Assembly: GCA_038143065.1 (NCBI GenBank)
Contig: JAYQLI010000035.1
Location: 1,824,894 to 1,888,893 of the forward strand
DNA from: Rhodospirillales bacterium
GTDB lineage: Bacteria > Pseudomonadota > Alphaproteobacteria > Bin95
DNA length: 64,000 nucleotides
Direction of reading: 5' to 3'
Under the pieces are notes generated by a model. That model saw only the letters and a program-made list of their open reading frames with translations. It had not been told where the DNA came from and made no database searches. Made by a program: the position numbers and the translations under genes. Shown piece after piece: positions 44,192 to 54,321 of the stretch. How positions within the stretch are numbered: position 1 is the stretch's first letter; each line of letters begins with the position of its first letter.

Positions 44192-45418
44192 ATGCAGCAT
44201 TTTATCGCCCTTTTGTTGTTAGGTTTTGCTTGTTTTTCACCTAGCGATAGCTTGGCACGAGAGAAGCCGCCAAAAGCTTTTCTGGCTATCGATGGGGCTT
44301 CGGGACAGGAGCTGCTATCTGAGTCACCAGACCTCAAAATTTATCCAGCATCTCTAACCAAGATGATGACTTTATATCTACTATTTGATGATCTGAGTGG
44401 TGGACGGTTAAAACTCGGCACCCGTATTCGATTTTCAGCTAATGCCGCAGCGCAGCCCCCATCTAAACTTGGCATCCCTAGAGGCCAGAGCATCACAGTA
44501 GAGAAGGCTATTTATGCACTAGCCGTTAAGTCGGCTAACGACGTAGCAGTTGCCGTTGCTGAGCGGCTATCAAAGTCGGAAAAAAATTTCGCAGCCCGAA
44601 TGAATAGAAAAGCACGCGCCATTGGCATGTCACGGACTAATTTCGTAAATGCCTCTGGGCTTCATAATCGCGCCCAAACCTCAACGCCTCGCGATTTGGC
44701 GATGCTCAGCCGCGCACTGCTTTATAAGCACAAACGATATTTTAAATACTTTAATGCACAATATTTCAGACATGGGCGTAGAACCGTTTATAGCCACAAT
44801 AACTTTATGAAAAGGTATGAAGGTGCCGATGGAATAAAAACTGGTTACATTCGAGCCTCTGGTTTCAATTTAGCGGCATCAGCAGTCAAAAATGGTCGGC
44901 GCCTGATTGCCGTCATAGCTGGAGGAGAGTCAGGAGCAGAACGCGATCGTGAAATGATGCGAATCATGGATAAAGGTTTCTATCTAGCCGAAGGACTTGA
45001 AAAACCGCGTTATGCTGGAATAGCGCCTGTTTCCTTAGACTTTCAAACTGGGGAACCGGCCGTTCCTCCCACGCGTGACTTCATTGCACAATTTCTAGAA
45101 AACTCGTCAGAAGACAAAGACGCATCTACTGATTACCAAATATCAGAAGGCGATACCGACAATGATGCTGCCCCAATTTATGCTAGCCAATTGGGCGCCT
45201 TAAGCTCACCAAAAGCAGCGCGCTCGCTAGCTAATAGAAGACTGGAAGAACTTGGCCCTGTCGCTCTAGGGGGAACTTTGAAAGTCAAACCATTAACACT
45301 GAAAAATGGAAAGAAGCTTTTCAGAGCTAGGATTGTCGGGCTAACAGACGACCAAGCAGAGAAAGCTTGCCATATTCTTAAGAATGATGGCAAAGACTGC
45401 CTTGTCATAAGGCCCTAG
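44192..45418 (+). CDS. D-alanyl-D-alanine carboxypeptidase (peptidase S11) with C-terminal SPOR domain
   Basis: SxxK PASLTK, SxN KSAND, KTG; C-terminal QLGA...FRARIVGL....A..AC..LK....C. Confidence 0.9.
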   Translation: MQHFIALLLLGFACFSPSDSLAREKPPKAFLAIDGASGQELLSESPDLKIYPASLTKMMTLYLLFDDLSGGRLKLGTRIRFSANAAAQPPSKLGIPRGQSITVEKAIYALAVKSANDVAVAVAERLSKSEKNFAARMNRKARAIGMSRTNFVNASGLHNRAQTSTPRDLAMLSRALLYKHKRYFKYFNAQYFRHGRRTVYSHNNFMKRYEGADGIKTGYIRASGFNLAASAVKNGRRLIAVIAGGESGAERDREMMRIMDKGFYLAEGLEKPRYAGIAPVSLDFQTGEPAVPPTRDFIAQFLENSSEDKDASTDYQISEGDTDNDAAPIYASQLGALSSPKAARSLANRRLEELGPVALGGTLKVKPLTLKNGKKLFRARIVGLTDDQAEKACHILKNDGKDCLVIRP

Positions 45419-45435
45419 CCTTCATGGTAAACTTA

Positions 45436-46593
45436 CTATTGGCGCGGAGCTGCCCCACTTCTTTGAGCTGCTTCGGGCTTATCGATAACGTCCTGGGAAG
45501 TAGCCGTCAGACGCTTCGATTTGTAATCTGTTAAACGATATGCCCAACCATTTACTCGACTGTCTAAAAGCTTTGCTTCTTTGGCTACTTCGTCCTGAGT
45601 CTTCATTTGTTGAGCGATACGTGCTTCCTCCGTATCAGCATCACGCTTGAAGTTAATGAACGTTTCCAAATCAGAAGATCGCTTGCCCATTTCAACAAGT
45701 ACTTTTGACCAAACTTTACTATCGTCTTGAAGGGCGGAGTAAAATTTGAGACGCAAGCCATCAAAGGTTTCATAAACTGTTTCAACAGAATGATCCCACT
45801 TCAGACGTTCCGCCGGTTTTACGTCCTCTAAAATCATAAAGTCGGGAACGCGTGCGATATTAGAAAGCTCATGATTGGGTTTAGCTTGAAAGCCAGTGGG
45901 AATTTTAATGCCTAACTCATATTCACTCTGATCTGGTGTGGTTTTTGATATTGTGACTATTTCTTCCACACCACCCATTTTTTTATTTGAGTGCTGTATG
46001 CGTGTGGAGCGAATACGACGACCATCTACATTTACTACTGATCTATCCAAAAGGTCTAACGTTCTGCGACGAGGCTTAACTTCGTCTTTCACCAACCAAG
46101 TTTGGTCCTCCTCATACAATCGAACGAAGGTACCACCGCCATGTTGGGGCGGACTCACAAGCCCAAAAATTACGTCAGCAACATCTTTACCTGAGACCTT
46201 GAGGGTTACTCTGGTCCCTTTAGTGCCATCGCCACTCGGGTCATCCAAGTTTAAACGCGCATGGTTTTGCGGTTTGGCAGTTTTTGGTTCTATCGTCTCC
46301 AGCGTGGCTACTTGCTTCAAGAGAATTGAAACACGATCTGGATTTGCGCGGTAATTGTGATGATTTTGGACCATCCAAATATCTTTATTGCGCGCGAGAT
46401 CTATAACGCCCCCCTCCTGACTTTCCACACGGATCATGTCGACGTCATTAACGCGCGACTGCAACTTGGGGAGGAGCAAACCTCCCTCATACGCTTCCGA
46501 ATGCAAGGCCTTTCGGTCTTGGCTAAAGTAGTAAGCGCCGCCACTGATTAATACGACTATGGCAGACAAGACTGTAAAAATACGGATGTTCAT
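45436..46593 (-). CDS. DUF4340 domain-containing membrane-anchored periplasmic protein
   Basis: One N-terminal TM, W.V...NY.A, P..HARL.L.DP, FVR...QTWLV, ETFDGL, GWAY; last gene of a Gld-type ABC operon. Confidence 0.75.
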   Translation of the reverse strand: MNIRIFTVLSAIVVLISGGAYYFSQDRKALHSEAYEGGLLLPKLQSRVNDVDMIRVESQEGGVIDLARNKDIWMVQNHHNYRANPDRVSILLKQVATLETIEPKTAKPQNHARLNLDDPSGDGTKGTRVTLKVSGKDVADVIFGLVSPPQHGGGTFVRLYEEDQTWLVKDEVKPRRRTLDLLDRSVVNVDGRRIRSTRIQHSNKKMGGVEEIVTISKTTPDQSEYELGIKIPTGFQAKPNHELSNIARVPDFMILEDVKPAERLKWDHSVETVYETFDGLRLKFYSALQDDSKVWSKVLVEMGKRSSDLETFINFKRDADTEEARIAQQMKTQDEVAKEAKLLDSRVNGWAYRLTDYKSKRLTATSQDVIDKPEAAQRSGAAPRQ

Positions 46594-46625
46594 TGAATTA
46601 CGCGCTCCCTAAGCGCTTCTCTGCA

Positions 46626-48617
46626 TCAAACTTTGCCGAAGGTTGCAGCGAATGTCTTTCGCCGGCGACTACGCCAAACTGCAGCTATTATTGCGATGAT
46701 GCCGACAGCTAATGGCATTCCAGCGATATTTGCAGCTTTTATCCAGCCATTTAGCTCTTCAACATCCGACCGAAGTGCAAACTGGACATCTCTCAGCTCC
46801 TTGCGGATGCGAAGTACTTCTTCCTGAAATTTTTCTATCTGAGCTTTCTGCTGATCGGAAAGAACAATTCGTGCATCACCGGAAGGGTCCGTTGCCTTAC
46901 GAACTTCTCCAAGTTGCTTTTCGGTGGACGCGAGACTTAACAGAAGTTCTTGCTCTTTCGCACGGAAGTCACGCTCAGCTTCACGCTGTATGTCTTCGAT
47001 TAGGGTAAAAGGCCTTTGGAACCCACCCCTGCTGCGAAGGCTAATAAGGTCTGCAGAACCGGTCATATTGTCCAGGAGGTTCTGGAACCAAGCACCATTA
47101 TTGGAGGTTGGGACGGAGATCCGTTGACCAAACATATCGCGAACCTGAACCCAAAGTCCGTCAGCAAGCATATCAACATCGGCGGTCAGTACGATGTTCA
47201 CATTGCTCTTAGCCTCTAACAAATGCCTAGCCTTACGAACTTCCCAAATTTGTTCGGCTTTTGCCTTTTCCTCACCCTTAATGTCATCTTGGTTAAGAGC
47301 TTTTGGCTTCGGCGGCCCTCCTGGGAACGCTGTTTTTGCCTTACCTAACAATCGAGCAGAAATTACTTGTTTTCCTTCCGCCTTCATATCATTTGCAACG
47401 CCCAGGATATCTGGCTGTTGCCCTTGAATCCGGGCTACATCTACTGTCCCACCTTGGCTTGATGTTTGGATCAAGGGCTCAATTGTCAGACCATCACCTT
47501 TCTGGATGATGTGTCCTGGCGATGCAATACGGAAGGCCTCAAGCTGGCTTGTCGTAATGTCATCGCCAGAAAAATCGCCTTTTCGAAGTTCCATCCAAAG
47601 GGGGTAAAGGACGGCTTGAACTCTCGTCCGACTATCGTCAGGCACACGGACTTTTCGACCATTCTTCAGATCGCCGGCCAATACATCCGCTGGAATATCG
47701 ACGCCCCAGGCATCCATAAGTTTTTGAATATTACGGGTAGACCCATAATCTCCGCGCTGCCCACCCATACCAGGCGGACGGCTTGCATCCGCTTCTGAAT
47801 GCGGATCGACGAAAATTAGAACCCTTCCTCCGTTTAATGCGAATTGATCTATTGCATACAGTGAAAGGTCAGAGAGTATTGGAGGGTGGATCAAAATTAG
47901 GAGATCGAGATTTATTGGGAGCTCTTCAGCTTGAGGAGGCAACTCAATGATATCAAAAAGATTTTGCGCCTGAGCCCAAACCATCCAGCTATCATCTGGG
48001 CCACCACCAGGCAACACCATAGCGCGGTTTCTCTGCGAACCTGCGATAGGTAGCTTAGTGATTACACCAATACGAGGCTTCTCAGGATTTGCAAGGCCAT
48101 AAACTAACCGAGCCAGGTCATATTCAAGGAATTTTTCTCGCTGTTCATCAAAAAATGGAATCGCTAGCTGACTATTTGTCGAATTAGTTCCAGCCAATCC
48201 AAAATAAACCGTCTCTCCTGTCTGATCTACAGGCACTCCCTTCAAACCAAAGCCTACTGCACGATCCTCTACGTCAGTAAACGGCTCGGGATCATAAACT
48301 TCCAAGCGTATTTTACCGGAACTTTCAGCAGAAAACTCCTCGAGCATATCTTGGACACGCTGGCCATAGATCCCAAGCTGTGGAATTTCTCGTGATAAGC
48401 GGCTGGAAAAATAAAAGCGCAACGTTACTGGCTCATCCAAATTGGAGAGCACATTGCGGGTACCCTGCGATAAAGTAAAAAGACCGTCGTCTGTTAAGTC
48501 AATTCGGCTCGATCTAAGAGCATTATTCGAGAGCATCACTGTTGCCACAAAACCAATGGCAATGACGGATAGGGTAAGCGCCACAAGTGCGCCACTTCGC
48601 GTTTTCCTTTGAGACAT
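46626..48617 (-). CDS. GldG family ABC-type uncharacterised transport auxiliary protein
   Basis: N-terminal TM, IDLT....FTLS.GT, DPEPF..ED.A, FLEYDL, IDQF.LNGG....FVDP, ADVDML.D, LISLRSR, coiled coil, C-terminal TM and RRR. Confidence 0.85.
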   Translation of the reverse strand: MSQRKTRSGALVALTLSVIAIGFVATVMLSNNALRSSRIDLTDDGLFTLSQGTRNVLSNLDEPVTLRFYFSSRLSREIPQLGIYGQRVQDMLEEFSAESSGKIRLEVYDPEPFTDVEDRAVGFGLKGVPVDQTGETVYFGLAGTNSTNSQLAIPFFDEQREKFLEYDLARLVYGLANPEKPRIGVITKLPIAGSQRNRAMVLPGGGPDDSWMVWAQAQNLFDIIELPPQAEELPINLDLLILIHPPILSDLSLYAIDQFALNGGRVLIFVDPHSEADASRPPGMGGQRGDYGSTRNIQKLMDAWGVDIPADVLAGDLKNGRKVRVPDDSRTRVQAVLYPLWMELRKGDFSGDDITTSQLEAFRIASPGHIIQKGDGLTIEPLIQTSSQGGTVDVARIQGQQPDILGVANDMKAEGKQVISARLLGKAKTAFPGGPPKPKALNQDDIKGEEKAKAEQIWEVRKARHLLEAKSNVNIVLTADVDMLADGLWVQVRDMFGQRISVPTSNNGAWFQNLLDNMTGSADLISLRSRGGFQRPFTLIEDIQREAERDFRAKEQELLLSLASTEKQLGEVRKATDPSGDARIVLSDQQKAQIEKFQEEVLRIRKELRDVQFALRSDVEELNGWIKAANIAGMPLAVGIIAIIAAVWRSRRRKTFAATFGKV

Positions 48618-48622
48618 ATCCC

Positions 48623-49356
48623 TCAACCCGCTTTCTTGTAGTCAATAACTGCCATGGCTGCGAGTAGCCAAGCGGCTATGAGCGCAATGAAATAAACAAG
48701 ATCCTTGAATGCGATAACGCCTTTCACGATTTGATTGAAATGAGGCAAAATCGATATGTCAGCAATTGTATCAAGGACTGCCTTCCCTACGAATTCTGAA
48801 ATCAAATCAGTAAGAAAACCTGCTCCACCAGCAGTGAAGATAAATGCGACGGTAACGGTGAGCACAAAAGCAATCACTTGGTTCTTAGTTGCCGCCGAGA
48901 GGCAAGAGCCAATTGCCAAGTAGCCCCCAGCCATTAGAAAGAAGCTAAGTAGCTGGCTAAAATTACACCATTATCTGGTTGACCGAGAATGTTAACGGTC
49001 ACCCACATGGGAAAAGTGAGAGAAAGAGCAAGCCCAAGGAACAGCCATGCTGCTAGAAACTTTCCTAAAACCGCGGCCCAAAGCGGGATCGGCAGCGTCA
49101 GAAATAACTCGATAGTCCCTTGACGCCGCTCCTCTGCCCACAGACGCATTGAAAGTGCAGGAGCGAAGAAAAGATAAAGCCATGGATGGAAATTAAAAAA
49201 CACTTGGAGGTCGGCATTGCCCCGCTCCAAGAAATAACCAACGAAGAAAGTGAAAGCGGCGCTTACTGCAAGAAAAATAACTAGAAAAATTGCCGCTATA
49301 GGAGTAGCAAAATATCCTGCAAATTCTCGCTTTGCGACAGTGTAAAGAGCACCCAT
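48623..49356 (-). CDS. GldF-like ABC-2 permease (apparent frameshift near 48938)
   Basis: REF.GYFATP.A, SMRLWAEERRQGTIEL.LTLP, GKFLA; then SAATKNQVIAF...HF....GV...DLVYF. Confidence 0.87.
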
Positions 49357-50318
49357 CAGGCTGCCTCCCGCTTGTGAGAACTTACTGTGAGTTGTCGGAA
49401 AAGGTCTTCCAGCGCAGTTGCTTCAGGGCGAATAGAAACTATGTCTAGGTTCTCCTCGGAAAGACAATTAGTGAGGGTATTTAAAATTAATTCCCCGCGG
49501 ACGGGCACCACGATCAACTTACTCAAACCATCCGCTAGAGTTTGAGAGCGCACCTCCTGCACTTGGTTTTGAGCCTCTAAAATTGAGAGCGCCTGCGAAA
49601 CTTTTTCTTTCGGCAAAACAACGGAGAGAGCATTGAAAAGAGGAGAACGCTCTGCCAACTGGCCTGGAGCACCGTCGGCGATGACCTTTCCATCGGCTAT
49701 GATGACGGCGCGCGAGCATATAGCGTCAACCTCTTCCAAAATATGGGTAGAGATAATGATTGCTTTGTTCGGAGCAATTTCTCGGATTAATTCGCGAACC
49801 TCGTGCTTCTGATTGGGATCCAAACCATCCGTTGGCTCGTCTAAGATCAGTACTTCTGGGTCATGAAGAAGTGCTTGAGCAAGGCCAACCCGACGCTTGA
49901 AACCTTTCGACAAAGTATCAATCGGCTGCATCACAACAGATTGAAGGTTTGTTCGCTCGATAGATTCAACAACTCTTTTTTGGCGGACATCAGAGGGCAG
50001 ATTGCGTACCTCCGCACAGAAATGGAGCAAACTCCATGGCGTCATATCAGGATAGAGCGGTGCCCCTTCAGGAAGGTAACCAAGCACTTTGCGCGCAGAC
50101 ATAGCCGCTGATGCAACATCGTACCCGGCGATAGAAGCGCTACCAGCGGATGGTCTCAAAAAACCTGTTAGCATCTTCATCGTTGTTGATTTACCAGCCC
50201 CATTAGGTCCTAGGAAACCTAAGACCTCACCGCGCTTTACCGTCAGCGATACATTGTCAACAGCTCGCTTCTGGCCAAAATCTTTAACAAGATGATCGGC
50301 CACTATCATGTCCGTCAT
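49356..50318 (-). CDS. GldA-like ABC transporter ATP-binding protein
   Basis: [18 protein letters not shown], signature LSKGFKRRVGLAQA, ILDEPTDGLDPNQ, ISTH; AGGAGG RBS. Confidence 0.92.
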   Translation of the reverse strand: MTDMIVADHLVKDFGQKRAVDNVSLTVKRGEVLGFLGPNGAGKSTTMKMLTGFLRPSAGSASIAGYDVASAAMSARKVLGYLPEGAPLYPDMTPWSLLHFCAEVRNLPSDVRQKRVVESIERTNLQSVVMQPIDTLSKGFKRRVGLAQALLHDPEVLILDEPTDGLDPNQKHEVRELIREIAPNKAIIISTHILEEVDAICSRAVIIADGKVIADGAPGQLAERSPLFNALSVVLPKEKVSQALSILEAQNQVQEVRSQTLADGLSKLIVVPVRGELILNTLTNCLSEENLDIVSIRPEATALEDLFRQLTVSSHKREAA

Positions 50319-50680
50319 GACATTCGCCTCCCTAGGCGTCTTAACTTAATTAAGAACCTCCGCACCTAAGGTTTGTCCCTTTTAGGGCTAAACGCTTGAG
50401 AAACGGCACGGCAAATCTCATTGCAATATGGTTCTAAAACCAGCTTTTACTAGGGTAGCCAGCGCCTGTCCAATTAGACTGAGAATTAAATTTTGGTAAC
50501 AAAGGCAAAACCGCAGAACCCATATTTAATTCCATGCTGCACTTCACTTGTGCCCCCTGGATTGGCCAGTCAATTCATCAAGAATTTCCGTCAGTATTTA
50601 TAGCCAATCGTTTTTAAAAGAATTTACTGAAGCCCTTCGCTAAAGTGCAAAAAGCATGTTTATTCAACATCTAAGAATGG

Positions 50681-50711
50681 AAAAAGCTCAGAAGCATAGC
50701 TTCTGAGCTTT
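50681..50711 (-). terminator. Rho-independent terminator downstream of yccA
   Basis: 13-bp inverted repeat AAAGCTCAGAAGC-ata-GCTTCTGAGCTTT ending in T5 on the minus strand, about 20 nt after the stop. Confidence 0.8.
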
Positions 50712-50732
50712 CCAACAGACTATATCGTTGTG

Positions 50733-51449
50733 TTATTCCCGGTTGCCTAACAAAGCAAGCAGGAACTGAAACATGTTGACGAAATCAAGGTAAAGCGCCA
50801 CAGCGCCCATTATGGCCATTTTGCCGGCCGTTTCATAACCATGACCTTCGTGATATTGCTCTTTAATGCGCTGTGTGTCCCAGGCCGTCAGACCTGTGAA
50901 GATAAGAACTCCTAAAATAGAAATAGCAAATTGCATAGCGGAGCTTTGAGTAAAGATATTCACGATCATGGCAATCAAAAGACCAATGAGGCCCATGAAC
51001 AAAAATGAACCCATTTTCGCAAGATCACGCTTAGTCGTGTAACCGTACAAACTGGTAGCGGCAAACATGCCTGCCGTGATAAAGAAAACTTTAGCTATCG
51101 ATCCACCAGTATAAACTAGGAAGATTGAGGCCATAGACACGCCCATTGCCGCTGCAAACGCCCAAAAAACCATTTGAAGCGTTGAAAAGGACATTTTTTG
51201 AACACCAAAACTTAGCACCAAAATGAATGCTAAAGGCGCCAACATTGCTATCCATTTCAATGGAGTAAAGAAGATTAACTCAACGGCTGCTTGGCTATTG
51301 GCTATACCAAAGGCCACAAGGCCAGTTAAAATTAAGCCTGCGCACATATAGTTGTAGACGCGAAGCATGTGGGCGCGAAGACCAGCATCATAGCCATCAG
51401 TGGCTACTGAACTGCCAGCTCGCATGTAGTCACGGTCTTGAAGAGCCAT
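50733..51449 (-). CDS. yccA: Bax inhibitor-1/YccA family membrane protein
   Basis: DAGLRAHMLRVYNYM, YGYTTKRDL, GLTAWDTQRIK, LYLDFVNMF. Confidence 0.93.
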   Translation of the reverse strand: MALQDRDYMRAGSSVATDGYDAGLRAHMLRVYNYMCAGLILTGLVAFGIANSQAAVELIFFTPLKWIAMLAPLAFILVLSFGVQKMSFSTLQMVFWAFAAAMGVSMASIFLVYTGGSIAKVFFITAGMFAATSLYGYTTKRDLAKMGSFLFMGLIGLLIAMIVNIFTQSSAMQFAISILGVLIFTGLTAWDTQRIKEQYHEGHGYETAGKMAIMGAVALYLDFVNMFQFLLALLGNRE

Positions 51450-51527
51450 AATTATTTCCCTGTTCATATTATTTTTTAGGTGGTGATTTCTGCCGCCGTA
51501 AACGACCTAAATTTTTACCCTCTAATA

Positions 51528-51556
51528 ATATCGGGATATCTGAGGCTAAGATCAAG
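51528..51556 (-). promoter_or_regulatory. Putative RpoH-type promoter of yccA
   Basis: Minus strand CTTGAT-N16-CCGATAT, one mismatch to CTTG-N18-CYTATNT. Confidence 0.4.
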
Positions 51557-51677
51557 GTTTTGTTAAATAAAGTACGCGCAGCTTTTTTTAGACGGCAAAG
51601 AGGAATTAATTAGTTATGCAGCTACAAATATATTATTTACGGTAACTGCCGGTCCTTTAAGCCACCGAATTTGAAAC

Positions 51678-53165
51678 CTACCGTTTATTTGATCTAAAAA
51701 ATAAAACAATTGGTGCGGCAATCGCAGGCGCAATTGTCATAAGATGAAAAGCGTTTATGTAACCCGCCATTACAGCTTGCCTCCGAACCTCTTCTTGGGC
51801 CACTACAGCAAAGCTTCTACTGCTAACGTCCCCAAATCGCTGCACCCAAGGTTCAAGAAGCTCCGCATTAAAAACCGAAACATAACCGATAAGGTTTGAA
51901 TAAGCTTCTGCAGCAGAATTCAAAAAAACGACAAATGTAATAGCAATAAAGAGACTGCTCCCCATCATTCGCAGCAAGCTAAAAATAGCATTGCCTTGGG
52001 TTAATAAGCGCGTTTCCAAGGTTGAAAAAGCCAAGGCAGCCATTGGCGTATAAGCTAAACCAAAGCCAAATCCATGGAGGAGATTAGTCCACATAACCTC
52101 ATTTTCTGTCATATTCATATCAAGCTGGCCCATCCATGCGCCTGCTCCTGCTTGGATAAGTAAACCTGCTGCCAAGGTAGCTTTGGCATTAATGCGTGTA
52201 AGCTGGGCCACAACAAAAAAGCTAATGAAATTTCCAACCCCGCGCATCGCTATCAGAACCCCTATAATAGATTCCGGGTATCCTCGCAGGTCCTGTAATA
52301 ATGGAGGGAATAACGCCATTGGCGTAAATTGCATCATCCCCATAACGAGGGCGAAAAAAATCCCGAGTACAAAATTACGATCTTTAAAAACTGCTCCTTC
52401 AAATAGAGGTGTTGGTGAAAGGCGTGAATGAATAACAAAGAAATAGATACACGCCGCGGCTACGCAGGACTGAATAACTATTTCAGTAGAGTCGAACCAA
52501 TCTTCTCGCTGCCCTCTGTCAAACACCAGCTGCAAACATCCAACCGCTATAGCGATCAGCCAAAAACCAATGAAATCAAATCGCCGAGCAGCTCCTTTCT
52601 CCTCATTGCCGAGTGAAAGTATTACAGGCAAACACGCGAGGGCGCCTAGCGGTAGGATCATATAGAACGACCACCGCCACCCTAATAAGTCAGCAACCAC
52701 TCCTCCGAAGGTTGGCCCTAATATCGGGCCCATCACTCCTCCAACACCCCACATCATCAATGCCATGGGATGCTGTGCGCGCTCAAAGCGAGCGAGGATG
52801 ATTGACTGCCCAAGCGGGAATATGGGAGCGCCAAGAGCGCCTTGAATGACACGAAAAACAAGAAGTGTTTCAAGACTTTCTGCCAAGCCACACGCAACTG
52901 AAGCAAGCGTGAAACCTATCACCGAACCTAGCATAAGACGCCGCCACCCTAGCTTACCTGCGAGCCAGCCGGTAAGCGGAGTTGCTGCAGCAGTTGCCAC
53001 AAGATTGAGAGTTAGCACCCAAGCAATTTGATCTTGAGTTGCAGAGAGAGCACCTTTCATTTGGGGTAGAATTACTGTGACACTAGTCACCGTAGCACCA
53101 AACAGAACAGTGCATGCTTGGACGGTTGCCAGCGTCAGCCACTGCTTGCCCGTGAAGCCCATCAT
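51678..53165 (-). CDS. DHA2 family MFS efflux permease (EmrB/QacA)
   Basis: About 14 TMs; GAL.ATQDQIAWVLT, FRVIQG, GPILGPTFGG, DRGQ.EDWF.S. Confidence 0.9.
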   Translation of the reverse strand: MMGFTGKQWLTLATVQACTVLFGATVTSVTVILPQMKGALSATQDQIAWVLTLNLVATAAATPLTGWLAGKLGWRRLMLGSVIGFTLASVACGLAESLETLLVFRVIQGALGAPIFPLGQSIILARFERAQHPMALMMWGVGGVMGPILGPTFGGVVADLLGWRWSFYMILPLGALACLPVILSLGNEEKGAARRFDFIGFWLIAIAVGCLQLVFDRGQREDWFDSTEIVIQSCVAAACIYFFVIHSRLSPTPLFEGAVFKDRNFVLGIFFALVMGMMQFTPMALFPPLLQDLRGYPESIIGVLIAMRGVGNFISFFVVAQLTRINAKATLAAGLLIQAGAGAWMGQLDMNMTENEVMWTNLLHGFGFGLAYTPMAALAFSTLETRLLTQGNAIFSLLRMMGSSLFIAITFVVFLNSAAEAYSNLIGYVSVFNAELLEPWVQRFGDVSSRSFAVVAQEEVRRQAVMAGYINAFHLMTIAPAIAAPIVLFFRSNKR

Positions 53166-53487
53166 GCCAGTTTGGTGTCTCCTAATTTCAAGATTTCATA
53201 AGCCAGAATATATGTTGCAAATCTGCGCGGCTTGATTTTCTAAAGCAGCATAAAAGCGACTAGAGTTAAAAAGCACTCTTTTAATTAAAGGCAATACCTA
53301 AATTTTTTCTCAAACCTTTTTTATTTACAGCCTCTTTTCAGAGCCCACTTTCTTCTGCTTTTTTTAGGTCTTGCAGCATACCCAATAGCACTTGTACTTC
53401 CACCAGCAGATAATTGGTTGGATTGCCCCCACATCAATCACAGTGCAGGCTTCCTATAGCGAATACAAAATAAAAAGCGAGAAGACT

Positions 53488-54321
53488 ATGGGAGAACTTG
53501 ACGGCAGAGTTGCAGTAATCACAGGGGGTGCTAGCGGAATAGGTGAGGCAACAGTAAAACTTTTCGTGGAAGAGGGTGCCCGCGTTATAATAGCTGATAT
53601 GCAGCGTGAACGCGGAGAAGCGCTTGCCTCATCTTTAGGTGACCAAGCAGCTTTTACGCACTGCGAAGTCAGGCAAGAAAATCACATTAAAGAGGCTATT
53701 GGCCTCGCAGTTGAGCGATGGGGACGGCTCGATTGCATGTTCAATAATGCCGGCTTTGGAGGCGCTTTAGGCCCTCTTGAAGAGATACCAGTTGAAGAAT
53801 TCGATATGACCTTTGATGTTTTAGTAAAGGGTGTTTTTCTAGGTATCAAGCACGCGACGCCTATTATGCGCAACCAAGGTTCTGGCTCCATAATTAATAC
53901 TGGGTCCATTGCAGGAGTGACAGTTGGACGGGGGCCATTGGTGTATTCTGCTGCTAAAGCCGCTGTTATTCACATGACTAAAACAGCAGCTATGCCACTA
54001 GGTGAGAATTCAATACGCTGCAACTGCATTTGCCCAGGCGCAATTGCTACCCCGTTGTCCGCAAATACTGTTGGAAGACCCGACAGTCTTATAGACGACA
54101 AAATTGATGATTACCGTCATCAGCAACCAATCCCCCGGCCTGGTGTTCCTAAAGACATTGCTGATCTTGCCTTGTTCTTGGCGAGTGACCGATCGACCTT
54201 TATCACGGGGCAAGCAATCGTTGTGGACGGTGCGGGGGCTAGCGGCGTTTTCTGGGCAGATCAAAAACTGGCCTACAAAACCCACCGGCCACTAAGAGTA
54301 TATAACCCAGACTTAGATTGA
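53488..54321 (+). CDS. SDR family oxidoreductase
   Basis: TGGASGIG, FNNAG, YSAAK, IRCNCICPG; start set at ATG 53488. Confidence 0.92.
   Translation: MGELDGRVAVITGGASGIGEATVKLFVEEGARVIIADMQRERGEALASSLGDQAAFTHCEVRQENHIKEAIGLAVERWGRLDCMFNNAGFGGALGPLEEIPVEEFDMTFDVLVKGVFLGIKHATPIMRNQGSGSIINTGSIAGVTVGRGPLVYSAAKAAVIHMTKTAAMPLGENSIRCNCICPGAIATPLSANTVGRPDSLIDDKIDDYRHQQPIPRPGVPKDIADLALFLASDRSTFITGQAIVVDGAGASGVFWADQKLAYKTHRPLRVYNPDLD

Noticed and set aside
45436-50318. Gliding motility machinery
   Set aside because: Gld names reflect family membership only; no gldK-N, sprA or other T9SS genes are present
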